Positions 25,600 to 37,010 of a stretch of 64,000 bases of DNA are shown here, in pieces. The stretch is from positions 91,264,001 through 91,328,000 of the forward strand of contig NC_087440.1 in the NCBI RefSeq assembly GCF_036321535.1, given 5' to 3'. The translations under genes and the position numbers were made by a program. Position 1 is the first letter of the stretch; every line of letters starts with the position of its first letter. Origin of the DNA: Camelus dromedarius (taxonomy: Eukaryota). A model generated the notes under the pieces. It did no database searches. It saw nothing but the letters and a program-made list of their open reading frames with translations, and had not been told where the DNA came from.

Positions 25600-26900
25600 G
25601 GGCCCAGACTATCCAGCGAGGCCCCAGGCCCCCAGTTAAACACAGGCACCCTGATCAGGCAGGACATTCCGGGGCCTCGAGGCGACCCTCCGGGAGCTGG
25701 AAGCGAGGGGCAGACGTCTGTGCGGTGGCGCGAGGCCTCGGGGACACAGCGCCTCGCCCGGCCCGAGCTGGGAGCAGAGGGCTTCGTCGCCCGGCCGGCC
25801 GCGGTGGGCAAGCGGCCTCTGACTGCGAGCTGCTCGCACCGCACCACACGCCTCCAGTGAGAGGAGGGGGCTCCCGGCTGAATGGGAGGAGGCCTGCTTT
25901 CCGGGAGGCCTGCTTTCCATTTACCCTGCTTAGAAACAGGGGCCTCCAGACGCGAGACGGGGCAGCGCAGAACCTGTGGAACCGGGACCGGCCTCCGTCC
26001 CCCAGGAGCAGGCGGCTCCGGAGCTGGCCGTGGCTGAGAGGGGCGCGACTCAGGGTCGGAGCGCGCGGGCACCGTGTCCCTCGCTCCCGAGGCATCTGGA
26101 AGGGGCCGGCGCGTGAAGGGTGTGCTGCGGGGGAGCGAAGGTAACCGGCCGTCTTGGCTGCCGGCCTCGCAAAGCAGGGGCCGGGCAGCGCCTCCGGGGC
26201 GGGAGCCTCGCTCGCTCGTCCGGAGGCCGCTGAGCGCGCGGGCGCGCCGCCGCCCCGGGGCCCGTCCGCGGCGGGAGCGCAGGCCTCCTTGCCTCCCGGG
26301 GCCTTCTGCCCGGAGACGGACGCGACTTCACCCCCTCGCGAGCCGCTTCTGGGTGAGGAGACCCGGGTCCAGGGAGGCCCGCCGAGGTCCGGAGCGGAAG
26401 CCGCGCCTCCCGGTTCCTGGCCCCTTGCTCGGGCTGACCTGGTGCGGCGGCGAGGCCCCCAGTCTGCCCCACCTGAGCTGACGTTGTCGGGTGTCTGACG
26501 GCTACACACGGTCCCCGCTGCCAGCCTGCACGCCGGTGCTGGGTGTGACAAAGTGTGCACGACCCCGTCAAGATTAAAGGGCAACAGGGCCGGTTCCTGT
26601 CCAGGAAAACACTGTCCCTTACCTGACAGGCTCTTCCTCCACTCTTGGCATTAAACCTTCGTGAAACGGCAACACAAACGGCAGGGAGACAAAAATGTGT
26701 ACCCGCCCCGCCCCGGAAAAAAGTGGTAATACGGCCATCTGCCTCCCGACCTGTGGAATCTGCAGTTGTAGGAACCCCTGGTCTAATTCGAAATCCTTGT
26801 TTAAGGAAAATGGAATAGACCCAGAGAAGGGAGCGGACAGAACTAGCGGACGCTGGCGCCCGCACCCTCCACTGTGCGGATGTAATGAGGTCTCAGTTGG
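25600..26900. promoter_or_regulatory. Orphan CpG island
   Basis: Dense CG/GCGC, GC boxes (cccgccccgcccc), ETS-like cggaag; no recognisable protein exon. Confidence 0.7.
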
Positions 26901-27559
26901 GGGGGGGGGGGGGGTCCTCCTTTGTGGTACCGGCTACTTGAATTCTTTCTAGGTTGTCAAATTTTTTAATATCTCTGGGAAAATGCCCACATGAAATAGT
27001 TACTTGAGATAGGCAACAAGCTTCATGTGGAAATGTTTTTACTTTAACACGTAAAAATGTAGGTATTCCCTGAACAGGAAACAATTCCCCATATTAACGC
27101 CTAAGTTTCTCAGAACGTTTGGGAAGAGCTTTCTGGAATCATCTTCAGTCCGTTGTACAGGATGTACCAGAGATGCTCACTTATAACCATACATTTTCTA
27201 TTTTAAAAAAAAAAAAGACATATTTTTCACCAGTTGACTTTGCAAAACGTCGGTATTAAAAAAAATAATCCAGATCAAACCCAGGCCCCCAGTGAAGACT
27301 TGACCCAAGTGAACAGCGGGCAGAATTCTGAGGACAGGTGTCTGTGGGCGTGTGGGCGCCAGGGCCTCTGGGTGCCTGGGACGGTCCTGACACCCCCAAG
27401 CAGAGGGGCCACACCTGCCTGCCACCTCCCAGCCACGGTCCTGCAAGCGTCTTCATTTTGGCATAGGCACTGCTGCCGCCACCGGTCTAACCTGGGCCCC
27501 CCAGCGTGGATTCTTCCCTCCGCTAAGATCCGTGAATCCTAGAGAACACTCCTCCCAGA

Positions 27560-28140
27560 GGCATCTCTGTCCGTCCGCCTTGCCCCAGCCTCGCTCCCCA
27601 GCCAGCCCTCAGCTTCCATCATCCCCTGGACAGTGATGGCCTTCTCTCCAGAGCATCTTGAATCAGTGATCACGTCACCCTCTTGCTGAAAACCCTTGAG
27701 TGGCTTCACGTGGCACTTAGATAAAGCCTGAGCTCCTCGCCATGGACACAGGAGTCTCTCATCTGGCTCCTGCTGAACTCTGTGCTCCTCGTGGTCAATG
27801 TGTTCCATCGCTGGCGTCCCTCTCTCCCCTGACAGCCTCTTTCCCACCTCAGGGCCTTTGCACAGGCTGTCCTTGCCCACCCCATCCCCCACCCCCAAAG
27901 GACCTGGCCAACTTCTTTTTATCCTGTGGGTCTAAACTGCAGCGTTTTCTCCTGCAAGGGATCTTCTCTGATCACCGTCCAGGGGGGCACCCCGTGACTC
28001 TCTCAGCCTGACCCCCGGTTTCCTTCGGAGCCCTAATACAACCTCAGTTAAGACCCTCCACCATCAGACAGGGACCTCACCTGCTTTCTCATGCGTGTCC
28101 CTGGTGCAGACAGGACACTTGGCTCACTTTGTCAAGAGAA
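27560..28140 (+). mobile_element. L2 (L2a-like) 3' region
   Basis: gatcacgtcaccctcttgctgaaaacccttgagtggcttc...cctcagggcctttgcacaggctgt. Confidence 0.75.
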
Positions 28141-28539
28141 TGGAGGCACAGAGGGCTGCGATACAAGCGGGGCAGAGCCGTGGGGACAGGAAACCCGCTT
28201 ATCCCATCTCAGTGTTTACGGGATGTGCCCAACAGTGACGGAGGTGATACTCTACAGACACCCTGCTTCCACAGAACTGAGACGGTCCGCCAGGTAAGGA
28301 CCACGCCCGGGAGAGGGTGGGTGCCGCAGGGGGAGCTTCGCACTGGGCTTCCCCCTAGTGAGTGTGGAGAATGTCCTAAGCAAAGCAATGTGTACAAAGA
28401 CCCAGGGATGGGGGAGGCTGAAGTTTTGCTGGAGCTAAGCTGTCACTGGAGGGGCCGTGGAAAGTGGCCACAAAATGAGACTTTTGCCAGGCCAGCTCAC
28501 CGAAGAATTTGGTGAGACCACGGAAGGCACAAGCCAGCT

Positions 28540-28665
28540 TCTTTGGGGTGACGGGGAAACTCACTGACTTGTGATAGTGACTACCCAACTGTGTATGTCT
28601 GTCAAAACTCACAGAACAGTAAACTTTAAAAGTGAAAATTTATTTAACCCAATAAACTTGCCTTA
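28540..28665 (+). mobile_element. L1ME-like 3' end
   Basis: tgtgtatgtctgtcaaaactcacagaacagtaaactttaaaagtg. Confidence 0.6.
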
Positions 28666-28820
28666 AGTAAACAAGCAAAAACAATTTTACATTATAAAAA
28701 CATAAAATTGGGTCCAGTGACCTGATGGTAGAGCACGGGTTAGTCTAAAAAGAAAGCAGAGTGTCACCACAACAAGAAAATTCTCATCGTTCTGAAAGTC
28801 ATAATTTACTTGAAAATTTA

Positions 28821-28975
28821 ATTTTTTATTGAAGTGTAACTGACTTACAATATTATATTAGTTTCAGGTGTATGAGACAGTGATTCAGTACTTTTATACA
28901 TTACAGAAGGATCACCAGGGTCTGTCAGCATGCAGTGATTACAGTATTACTGATTATATTCCCCATGCTGCACAG
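28821..28975 (-). mobile_element. L1 3' fragment
   Basis: ttttttattgaagtgtaactgacttacaatattatattagtttcaggtgta. Confidence 0.7.
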
Positions 28976-29056
28976 AAATTAATTTTGAATAGAAGTTTTT
29001 AAAAGCCAAAAGTAGGAATTAAGAAATCTTTAAAAAGTAGAAATTAGTGAGTTAAG

Positions 29057-29286
29057 GGGGGGGAGGGATAAATTGGGAGTTTGGGATTTGCAGACACAAA
29101 CTACTAAAATAGATAAACAGCAAGGTCCTACTGTATATAGCACAGGGAACTACATTCGATACACTTGTAATAGCCTATAATGAAAATGAACATGAAAAGG
29201 AACATATTTGTGTATCACTGAATCACTATGCTGTGCACCAGAAATTAACACAACATTGTAAACTGACTATACTTCAATTAAAAAAA
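29057..29286 (+). mobile_element. Young L1 3' end
   Basis: gggagggataaattgggagtttgggatttgcag...aactgactatacttcaattaaaaaa. Imperfect TSD agaaattagt(gag)ttaag. Confidence 0.85.
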
Positions 29287-29647
29287 TTTTAGTAACATTT
29301 TAAAAAAGAAATTAGTTAAGTTTGAAACCAGAAAAAAAAGTGAAAGTGACAGATAACTTGTCTTAAAAATCAACAAATAAATGAATCACCAGCCAATCTA
29401 ACCTTTTAGAGTGAATCCCCAAATATCCAAAATAAAAAATGACAAAAGAATAACCATTTATACAGATGAAATGTTTTAAAGTCATAAGAGACTGCTTTGT
29501 AGGAAAGTCAATTTGAAACCTATTTTAAATGGATAATTATATAGGAGAATATACCCCAAACTGACCCCAGCTAAGATAGAAAATCAAAAGGGAATTATTG
29601 AAAAACAAATTTTTGAAGAAATTCCCCTTAATAAGAGAACCATGACA

Positions 29648-30200
29648 TGTTAATCAGGGTTCTCCAGAGATACAGAACCAGCAGGCTGTGCAGAGGGAGA
29701 CAGAGAGGCAGAGACAGTGGGAGAATGTGAGTGAGCGAGATGGATTTGGAGGAACTGGCTCATGTGAATACGGAATCTGGTAAATTCAGACCTGCAGGGG
29801 GAGCTGGCAGCCTAGAGACCCAAGGAAGAGCCAGGGTCACAGTGAAGCCTGAGAGCCACCTGCCAGCAGAATTCCCTCTTGCTTGGGGGAGGTCAGTCTT
29901 TGATTCTATTTAGACCTTACACTAGTTAGACACGGCCCACCAGCCTTATGGAGGGCAATCTGCTTTACTCAAAGTCTGCCATTTAAATGTTAATGTCATC
30001 TGAAAACACCCCAACTGCAACATCTGGAATCAGTTTTGATCACATACTGGGGCACCGTGACCCAGCCACATTGCATAAAATTCACCATCACTCCCTTCCC
30101 TGGCCAACTTGGCTCCCACGTTGTCTCCTTAACCCAAACTTTGTCTCCAAATTAGGACAATAAAAGTTTGTAATTCCACCAAACACAATACCACTCTCCT
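29648..30200 (-). mobile_element. ERVL MLT2-type LTR (29648-30091) plus adjoining internal 3' end/PPT
   Basis: tgttaatcagggttctccagaga...aaaattcaccatcac, followed by the reverse complement of an ERVL internal end (ggagacaaagtttgggttaaggag...ccaagttggccagggaaggga). Confidence 0.8.
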
Positions 30201-30224
30201 CCATGCAGTCTACCAGAAAGCAGG

Positions 30225-30560
30225 AAAGTGCTCAAAAAATGAGGGGGACATGTTAAAAGGACACCAGAGCCAACTTGAAGGGACTCTCACTGCTCAAATC
30301 CACGATAATCAGAGCACCAATGTAAATAGTGAGATATCAGATTACAACCCACTGAGTAGGATTCGTGAGTCCATACGAATGAAACGAATGGATGAACAGA
30401 AAACTCTCTCAGGGTGAAGGGAAAGCTCTTCCTGCAGTAGCATGCCACCTAGTAGGTGTGGAAGGGATGGTGGGAATAGATCACTCCTGTGAGGCAACCA
30501 CCATAGTGGTTTCTGATTCGCACAGAGGCATCAGTGGGCAGGAAGGCATGCGGGTGGGTG
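30225..30560 (+). mobile_element. L1MC-like 3' UTR fragment
   Basis: gggacatgttaaaaggacaccagagccaacttgaa...gtgagtccatac. Confidence 0.55.
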
Positions 30561-31045
30561 TTTGCTGGTGTAACAGTGGAATCTCTCCACAAAATGCTGT
30601 TCAGTATGAAGCAGGACATGGTGGCCTGGCTGGTGACTGAGCTTTCGTGGCCATCGGTGGACCAGGAGGACACCAGGAATGGCACCTGGAGAAAAACCCA
30701 CATCAGCTCTGTGGTCTCTCTGCCGAGAATGCAGGGCTGCATCTGGTCACAAGGAACCATCCACTGGGCCCGGGTGGAGGGTCGTCTTATGCAACAGAGG
30801 CTCGGCTTCTGCAAGACTGGTAAGGACCCAGAGGAACAGAAAGGCTGAGGAATGGCTCCAGACCCACGGGGGTTGGTGGGACGTGACTGCTAACTGCAGT
30901 GGGTGTTCCTGGACCAGGAAGGAGAGGCCTGAGAACAGGCTGGTGCCGTGTGGGTGGGCTCTGACTTCGGCTCAGTTGTTACCATTTTTAATTGCTGGTA
31001 CAGGTGAAGTGGGATGTGTTTTGTGCAGGCATCCTCAGTGAACTT

Positions 31046-31486
31046 GTCTATTTTTTAATGGAAGTATAGTCATTTTACAATGTTGTGTCAGTTTCTGGTG
31101 TTCAGCATAATGTTTCAGTCTTCCATATACACACGTATATTCCTCTTCATACTCTTTTTCATTATAGGCTATCACAAGCTATGGAATATAGTTCCCTGTG
31201 CTGTACAGTATAAACTTGCTGTTTGTTTTATATCTAGTAGTTAATCTCTGCAAATCTCAAACTCCCAATTTACCCCTCTACCCCCACTTTACCCCCTGGT
31301 AACCACAAGTTTGTTTTCTATGTCTGTGAGTCTGTTTCTGTTTTAATTTGTATCTTTTTTTTTTTTTTTAGATTCCAGATAAAAGTGGTATCATACTTTT
31401 TCTTTCTCTGTCTGATTTACTTCACTTAGTATGACAATCTCCAGGTCCATCCATGTTCTTGCAAATGGCATTATTTTATTCTTTTT
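31046..31486 (-). mobile_element. L1 3' end, 5'-truncated
   Basis: Typical antisense L1 3' UTR. Near-TSD catc(c)tcagtgaa on both sides. Confidence 0.88.
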
Positions 31487-31987
31487 CATCTCAGTGAATT
31501 TAGAAGTGTTGGGGCAGCATGTCAGGAAAAAATGATGCAGACCAACATCTGGAAGAGAGGGTGCATTAGCAGACGTGATACAGCGTCAGCATCGGGGGAA
31601 CCTGGCCCATGAGGTGGGAGGAAAACACAGAAGCCAGAAGCAGCGCGTGTTTCAGCTGAGAGAGGGAGGAGGTAGGCGTCCAGGGAAGGAGCACCCACCG
31701 TGGGGCCGGGCTGTCGGACGTGGCTGTGACGTCAGATAGAGACCCACGGGGTGTGGTAGAAGCAGAAGGGAAGGTGAGGACATGGAAAGGGAATGTCTCC
31801 ACAGAGACATTTTGATGTTTAGGAAACCAGGAAACAGGACCTGCCGCAGGTGTCTGGTCAATGGAGTTCTTACAAGTATGTTTGGGCACCGATGGACTAA
31901 GCCCATCCCAGTGTTTGTGGAGGAGACAGGGGCCTGGAATCCAGAGCACAAGCCGGGAGGTCTTAAACAGGAACAGGATAGATTATC

Positions 31988-32465
31988 CAAAGTAGTTGTC
32001 ATATATATACAGTGGACTACCATTCAGCCATAAAAAAGAATGAAATCATGCCATTTGTAGCAACATGGTTGGACCTGGAGATCGTCACTCTAAGTGAAGT
32101 AAGTCAGACAGAGAAAGAAAAATGCCATGTGCCATCACTTATACATGGAATCTCAAAAGTGAGACAAATGAACTTATTCACAAAACAGAAACAGACTCAC
32201 AGACATAGAAAACAAACTTATGGTTACCAGGGGGGAGAGAGGGAGGGAAGGGATAAGCTGGGAGTTAGCGATTAGCAGATACCCACTACTGTATATAAAA
32301 TAGATATGCACTACTACTGCGCAGCACAGGGAACTACATAATACCTTGTAACAGCCTATAATGGAAAAGAATATGGAAAGGAATGTATGTATGTATAAGT
32401 GAATCACCATGCTGCACACCAGAAACTAACACATTGTAAACTGACTATATGTCAATTTTAAAAAA
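31988..32465 (+). mobile_element. L1 ORF2 C-terminus and 3' UTR, 5'-truncated
   Basis: Encodes [32 protein letters not shown] (L1 ORF2 end). agattatc is repeated at both flanks. Confidence 0.9.
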
Positions 32466-33019
32466 GGCCAGATTATCTGTTTCAACAGAATGAGGGAAGG
32501 GAGGGAGAAAGAAGGCAGGGATACAGGTGTGTGGATTTGGGGTGGGTAGGTGGGGGGGTGGCCCTCTGCCTCTGTCAGTTTTCTCAGTGAATTTGCAATG
32601 TCCAGATGAAGCTGTGCTGGTGAACCTAGAGTGAAACCAATGCTGTGATTCTCTCTGGCCGCGCCTGGGTGCGGAGGCCCTGGGACCTCCCTTCACCTGC
32701 CTGCCCCCTCCTGGGTGTGGGGTGTGATTGGCCCCATTCTCCACGAAACCCACTCTCCCAAGGATGCTACAGGTGGTGACCCAGAATTCACAAGACGTAG
32801 CTGGACTTTCTGTCACTATAAAGGAGGAAAACAAATCTGTTTCCTCTAACAGGGCCTCCCTGGGATTGCATCCCTCTAAGTGGTGAAGAGACATCAAACA
32901 GGTCATGACCAAAATGCTCCACGGAGCTGCAGCTGGGATGGCCCACATCCACCTGTGGCAGCTTCCAGCTGTCCTGCAAAGGTGGGTTCTGGAGGTTTCC
33001 TGAAGCCTGCTGGGCTGGG

Positions 33020-33170
33020 CTGCAAGTCTGGCTCTATCCTCCTCCAAGCTCTCATCTGTGAAATGGAGATAGTGGTCTGGTCCTTGCAGATGTTTGGGAA
33101 GATGAAAGAAATGATCCTCTAAAGCAGGCAGAGAAAGCCCATCAGATGGCACCTGCTGTAATGATTGTAA
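33020..33170 (+). mobile_element. MIR fragment
   Basis: ctctcatctgtgaaatggagatagt. Confidence 0.55.
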
Positions 33171-33405
33171 GTGTCCCCACCCCATTTCACATCAAGAGAG
33201 GGAAGGGGGCTCGTCCACTGAGAGTTAGCCAGCCTGGTGGGATGAGCTCCACCCCACCGACCTAAGAAAGAAATTCAAATCGCAGTGGGGAGGCTGGGAG
33301 GAAACAGCACTTCCGTTGATTGTTGATGGCTATGCAAATTTGTATGACTCTTTGCAAGGGCAATGAGGTAATGTTTCAAATACTAAATATTAGAAACAGT
33401 TCAGT

Positions 33406-33555
33406 GGGTAGGGTATAGCTCAGTGGTAGAGCGCATGCTTAGCGTGGTCGAGGTCCTGGGTTCAATCCCCAATCTCTCCATTTAAAAAGAAAGGAAGGAA
33501 GGGAGAGAAAGAAAGAACTAAAACAAAAAAGAGCATTAAAAAAGAAGAAAAATGT
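33406..33555 (+). mobile_element. vic-1-like SINE with A/purine tail
   Basis: gggtatagctcagtggtagagcgcatgcttagcgtggtcgaggtcctgggttcaatccccaatctctccattt, with A and B boxes. Confidence 0.88.
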
Positions 33556-34004
33556 TTAAAAATTTTTTTCTCTCCATCGACACTGCGAATCTGCTCCCAG
33601 GAATTTAGGCAACAGTAACACTTGCTGGAGAGGATGAGGCTGCGAGCTGGAGCCTGCGAGCTGCAGCGTCATTCTCCACGGTGAAAAGTGGTAAAAGCCA
33701 CAGAGACATCACTAAATAAACAAAAGGGCATCCCGGGAACTGAGAGCTCCTGGCGGACACTTCTACAGCACCCTAAAATAGAATATGTGTACCATACACC
33801 ATATATAAGGTCAGTGTGTGCATAAACTAGATAAATATTCCAAGGGCTTATATATATCTGGAATATGTGCAATGATTTTACAAGTGTACAGTCTTTTTTT
33901 TTTTTTTTTTCTTAATCGTGAGTCACGCGGCAGTGCGACCTTTGGAATCAGCCATGTCCCGCTGGCCTCTCTCAGGCCGCCACGCCGGCCCGCAGTCTCC
34001 CGCC

Positions 34005-34023
34005 TCGCCACCAGAGGGCGCGC
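34005..34023 (+). promoter_or_regulatory. CTCF motif
   Basis: tcGCCACCAGAGGGCGCgc is a near-perfect core; gcagtctcc just upstream resembles the ZF9-11 upstream motif. Confidence 0.75.
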
Positions 34024-34319
34024 GGAGCCCCAGCAGCGACCTCACCACCACCTCCCGGCACAGGGGGTGCCAGCCTGGAGCCTCCGCAGGCTCAGCTGTT
34101 TTTTCAGTCCCTGGCCGGACTGTTCTGTAAACGGAACGCTCTGTGCTTCTTGACATGCTCTCCCAGCATGTACATTCTAAAAGCCTTTAAATGAAGTTAA
34201 CCTCTTGTGGGATGAGACACATAAACATGAACTGCGTTACATTTCCCCAGCCGACAGTCCTGGGTTCTTCAAAGCTAACGGAGGAGGAAGAACGGAAGTG
34301 ACACTTCCTGAGCCCCTTA

Positions 34320-34490
34320 CAGCACGCTGGCTGTCCCTTTGCACACAGCATCTCGTCGAATTCTCTACAATTAGGTCAGTGTGGTTAACTCCCATTTTTC
34401 AGATGAGAACACTGAGATTCTGAGGGACTAAATGATTTACCCAAGCTCATGACAGAGTCACTGATTGAATCAGAATCCAAATGCAGGCCA
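34320..34490 (-). mobile_element. MIR
   Basis: cccatttttcagatgagaacactgagattctgagggactaaatgatttacccaag. Confidence 0.7.
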
Positions 34491-34939
34491 GCAGGGTCCT
34501 AAGATTTTGCTTTGCCCTCTAGAGAGCCCGCACTTGTCCCCAAATTTATGGATGAAGAACATAAATCCAGTGTGTGTTGGTGGAGACCCTCCATCTGAAT
34601 TCAGTTGTCCAGGCACCCAGAACATGCCCTTGCTAATGCTCCTCTGCCTTCACATCTGGTAGGTGCCCGGCTGTGACCAGTGCAGAAACACCGAGGCCTG
34701 GCAGCTCTCTCTGACTTGCCATGTTGTTCAAAAAAAAAAAAAAAAGTTTAAAAAAAAAAGCTTCCTCCCAGTCCTGTGCCTTCCCTGCCCAAAACCATCC
34801 AACCACCCAGTTCCACTCCTCAGAGGCAAACTTGCTTACTTTTCCAGAGATTATTTTATATGTATGTAAATCAACGTTTTTTCAGAGTTGCCATTTCCTA
34901 CTATGGTGTCCCCTAAAACCCAAAGACAATGTCACCTAG

Positions 34940-35055
34940 CATTATTAGTACTACTATTACCCCCATGTCACAAAGACAAAACCTGAGACCTTGGGAGCTG
35001 GACTGAACTGCCGAAGGTCTCACAGCAGGACAGCCGAGGGTCTGTATCTAAGGAT
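34940..35055 (-). mobile_element. MIR fragment
   Basis: ctattaccccc...aaacctgagaccttgggagctggactgaactgccgaaggtctcacagc. Confidence 0.55.
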
Positions 35056-35379
35056 GGCTCTCTGACCTGGGCAGGCCCCTGGGTCGTGCTCTTCCCAGTG
35101 CCCCCTTAGTGTCTGTGTCACTCTCTCCTCAGTCTCCCCTGCCTCCCTTCTTTCCTGTTATCTTTCTCCTGGCTGTAATCACTTAGAAATCCTCACCTGC
35201 CTGGAGTGTTGCTAAATTTGAATCACAGGTGGGAGGACCTTAAAGACAGAGTCCAACCCCTACACTTCACAGACGGGCAAACTGATACCCAGAATAGCTC
35301 CTGCACATGGTCAGATTTCTACATCCAGCCTGGCTCAGCTTTCCGGCCTGTCTGCCCAACTCCCTCCCGCTCTTGCACT

Positions 35380-35830
35380 CTTCGCATAAACAGCCAGCCA
35401 GCTCTTCATGTGGGAGCATCGCTGGTTTTGCATCTTTCAAAAACACTCATCTCACAGGTCCGCACCTTCCTAGCAACACTCTTAAGGGTCAAAACGCTGG
35501 CCCTGCTCCCTTCTCTACTCTCCTCCTGCGACAGGCGGAATCTTTCCCACGCTGTTCCAACCTGCTGTTCCCCCTCTCACCCTGACTTGGTTATTAGTCT
35601 TTATCCTTCAGTCTCAGCCCTCCCTGGTGACCAATCCAGAGGTGCTCGCAGCTTTTCCCTCAGCTCCAACCTCACTGTCTCTCCCAGCTTCTATCCTGGG
35701 CTCTGTAGGAACAGTGCCTAGGCCTATCTTGTTCACCACTGTCTCCAGTGTCCAGCGCTGTGCTCCACCCCTCCACCCCTAGTATATAGGCTCAATCAAC
35801 GTTTGAGGAACAGATGAACGAATGAACGGT
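35380..35830 (+). mobile_element. L2 3' region
   Basis: cttgttcaccactgtctccagtgtccagc...aggctcaatcaacgtttgaggaacagatgaacgaatgaa. Confidence 0.65.
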
Positions 35831-36419
35831 CCGGCAGAGGGAAGTGCGTGATCCCAGGAGGGAGGTGTGCAATCAAAAGTTGTGTGCAGGTGATACCAAG
35901 CGTTCGTTCCTGTGGAAGTAGGTCGAGATGCCTGCGGGGGGTAATTGGGAGAAATAAAGTTTAGCTTTTCTCTTCCATCTAATAAGCGCCTTGGGACATC
36001 TGCACCAGGCCGTGTGCTGACAGAGAGCACCCAGACGGGACCAAGTGCCACCCCGTCAGTCCTGTGAGGAGTTCTCAGCACTTGAGTCCGATGAAAGCCC
36101 CCCCTCCACAGAAGCACCTGCACAGCCTGTTCTGCACATAGTCCGGCGGGGAGCACAGCTCTCACAAGTCCACTCAAGGACCACGGCTTAAGCACCCCTA
36201 GTCTAGGTGGAACCAGCAAAATCAAATGAGTGCTTGGAGCACGAGCCAGCCTGCGACAGAAGTGAGGCAGGAACCCAGGGCTTCAGAACACATCGCGGGG
36301 ACAAGGCCTCAGAGGCAAGGAAGGGACGGCGATGGGAGGCCCTCAGGTCCACACTGAGAAACTCGTCCCATTCTCCAGACGGAGACAAGGAAAACTTTCA
36401 GGCGAGGAGCACCCCAAAC

Positions 36420-36800
36420 TCCAGGCCGGCTCAGCAAGATGACGCAGGCGGCGCGCGAGGCCGCGCCTACACGCGCCTACCCCGCCCGCGCCCGGTGCAT
36501 TGTGGGGCTTACAGTCACCATCCGGGCACCGGTCTCGCGAGCGAGCGAGATTCACGCGGATGACAGAGATTGGGCGGGCAGGGGATGACAAGGCTTCCAC
36601 TCCTGGGAGCAAGAGTCCCGCCCCCCGACCGGGATGGACCAATCCCAAGGCCTCTCCTTCCGGGCCTCGGGGATTGGTCCGAGAGCGCACATGATCCAGC
36701 GCACGTGACCAAGGCGGCGGCGTCTTTGAGTCGAGTTAGTGTCCGCGGCGGAGAAGGGCCTTAGAGACCCAGACTCGAAACCAGGGTTCCGGACAGCGAA
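36420..36800. promoter_or_regulatory. Orphan CpG-island promoter (BANP-like, NF-Y x3, GC boxes, USF/TFE E-box, YY1-like)
   Basis: tctcgcgag 36533-36541; attgg 36569; ccaat 36639; attgg 36673; gcacgtgacc 36701-36710; caagatgacg 36435; caaggcggcgg 36710. Confidence 0.75.
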
Positions 36801-36834
36801 GCTCGCGGCCTGTCGGCCGAGTCTCGACCTCCAC

Positions 36835-37010
36835 ACGGGGCGACAGCAAGTCGGGTTCGAATAGTTGCTAAATTAAAAGCCCGCCTAAAACGTGAGCTGT
36901 ACCTCAGTTCCCTCGCCTGTGAAATGGGTACAGTGTTGGCAGAAGAACAAGGTTGCCGGAGGCCCATGTGAGGCTAGGGGCGTGGAAATGCACTGCCCAG
37001 TAGGAAGCGG
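36835..37010 (+). mobile_element. MIR
   Basis: gggttcgaat head and gtacctcagttccctcgcctgtgaaatggg core. Confidence 0.6.

Noticed and set aside
25888-25918. Short tandem duplications (ggaggcctgctttcc x2; similar pairs near 4780, 13264 and 33649)
   Set aside because: Ordinary slippage duplications with only two units. No spacer array or CRISPR-like structure.
25401-26865. Long overlapping ORFs (247, 203, 309 and 271 aa) in the CpG island
   Set aside because: They occur on both strands with Arg/Pro/Gly/Ala-rich low complexity, as expected from stop-codon scarcity in GC-rich DNA. No recognisable domain.
32012-32275. Protein-like ORFs here and at 40163-40408 and 44439-44795
   Set aside because: These are C-terminal fragments of L1 ORF2 from truncated insertions, not host genes.
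32445-33185. 246-aa minus-strand ORF
   Set aside because: It runs across an L1 tail, unique sequence and a MIR, with no homology or splice support.
33411-33480. tRNA-Ala(AGC)-like gene
   Set aside because: Acceptor and anticodon stems are mismatched, an A-rich tail follows, and four diverged sibling copies occur in the window. It is a tRNA-derived SINE.
36854-36862. Pol III B-box (ggttcgaat) suggesting a tRNA or ncRNA gene
   Set aside because: No cloverleaf; it is followed by MIR core sequence, so it is the MIR head.
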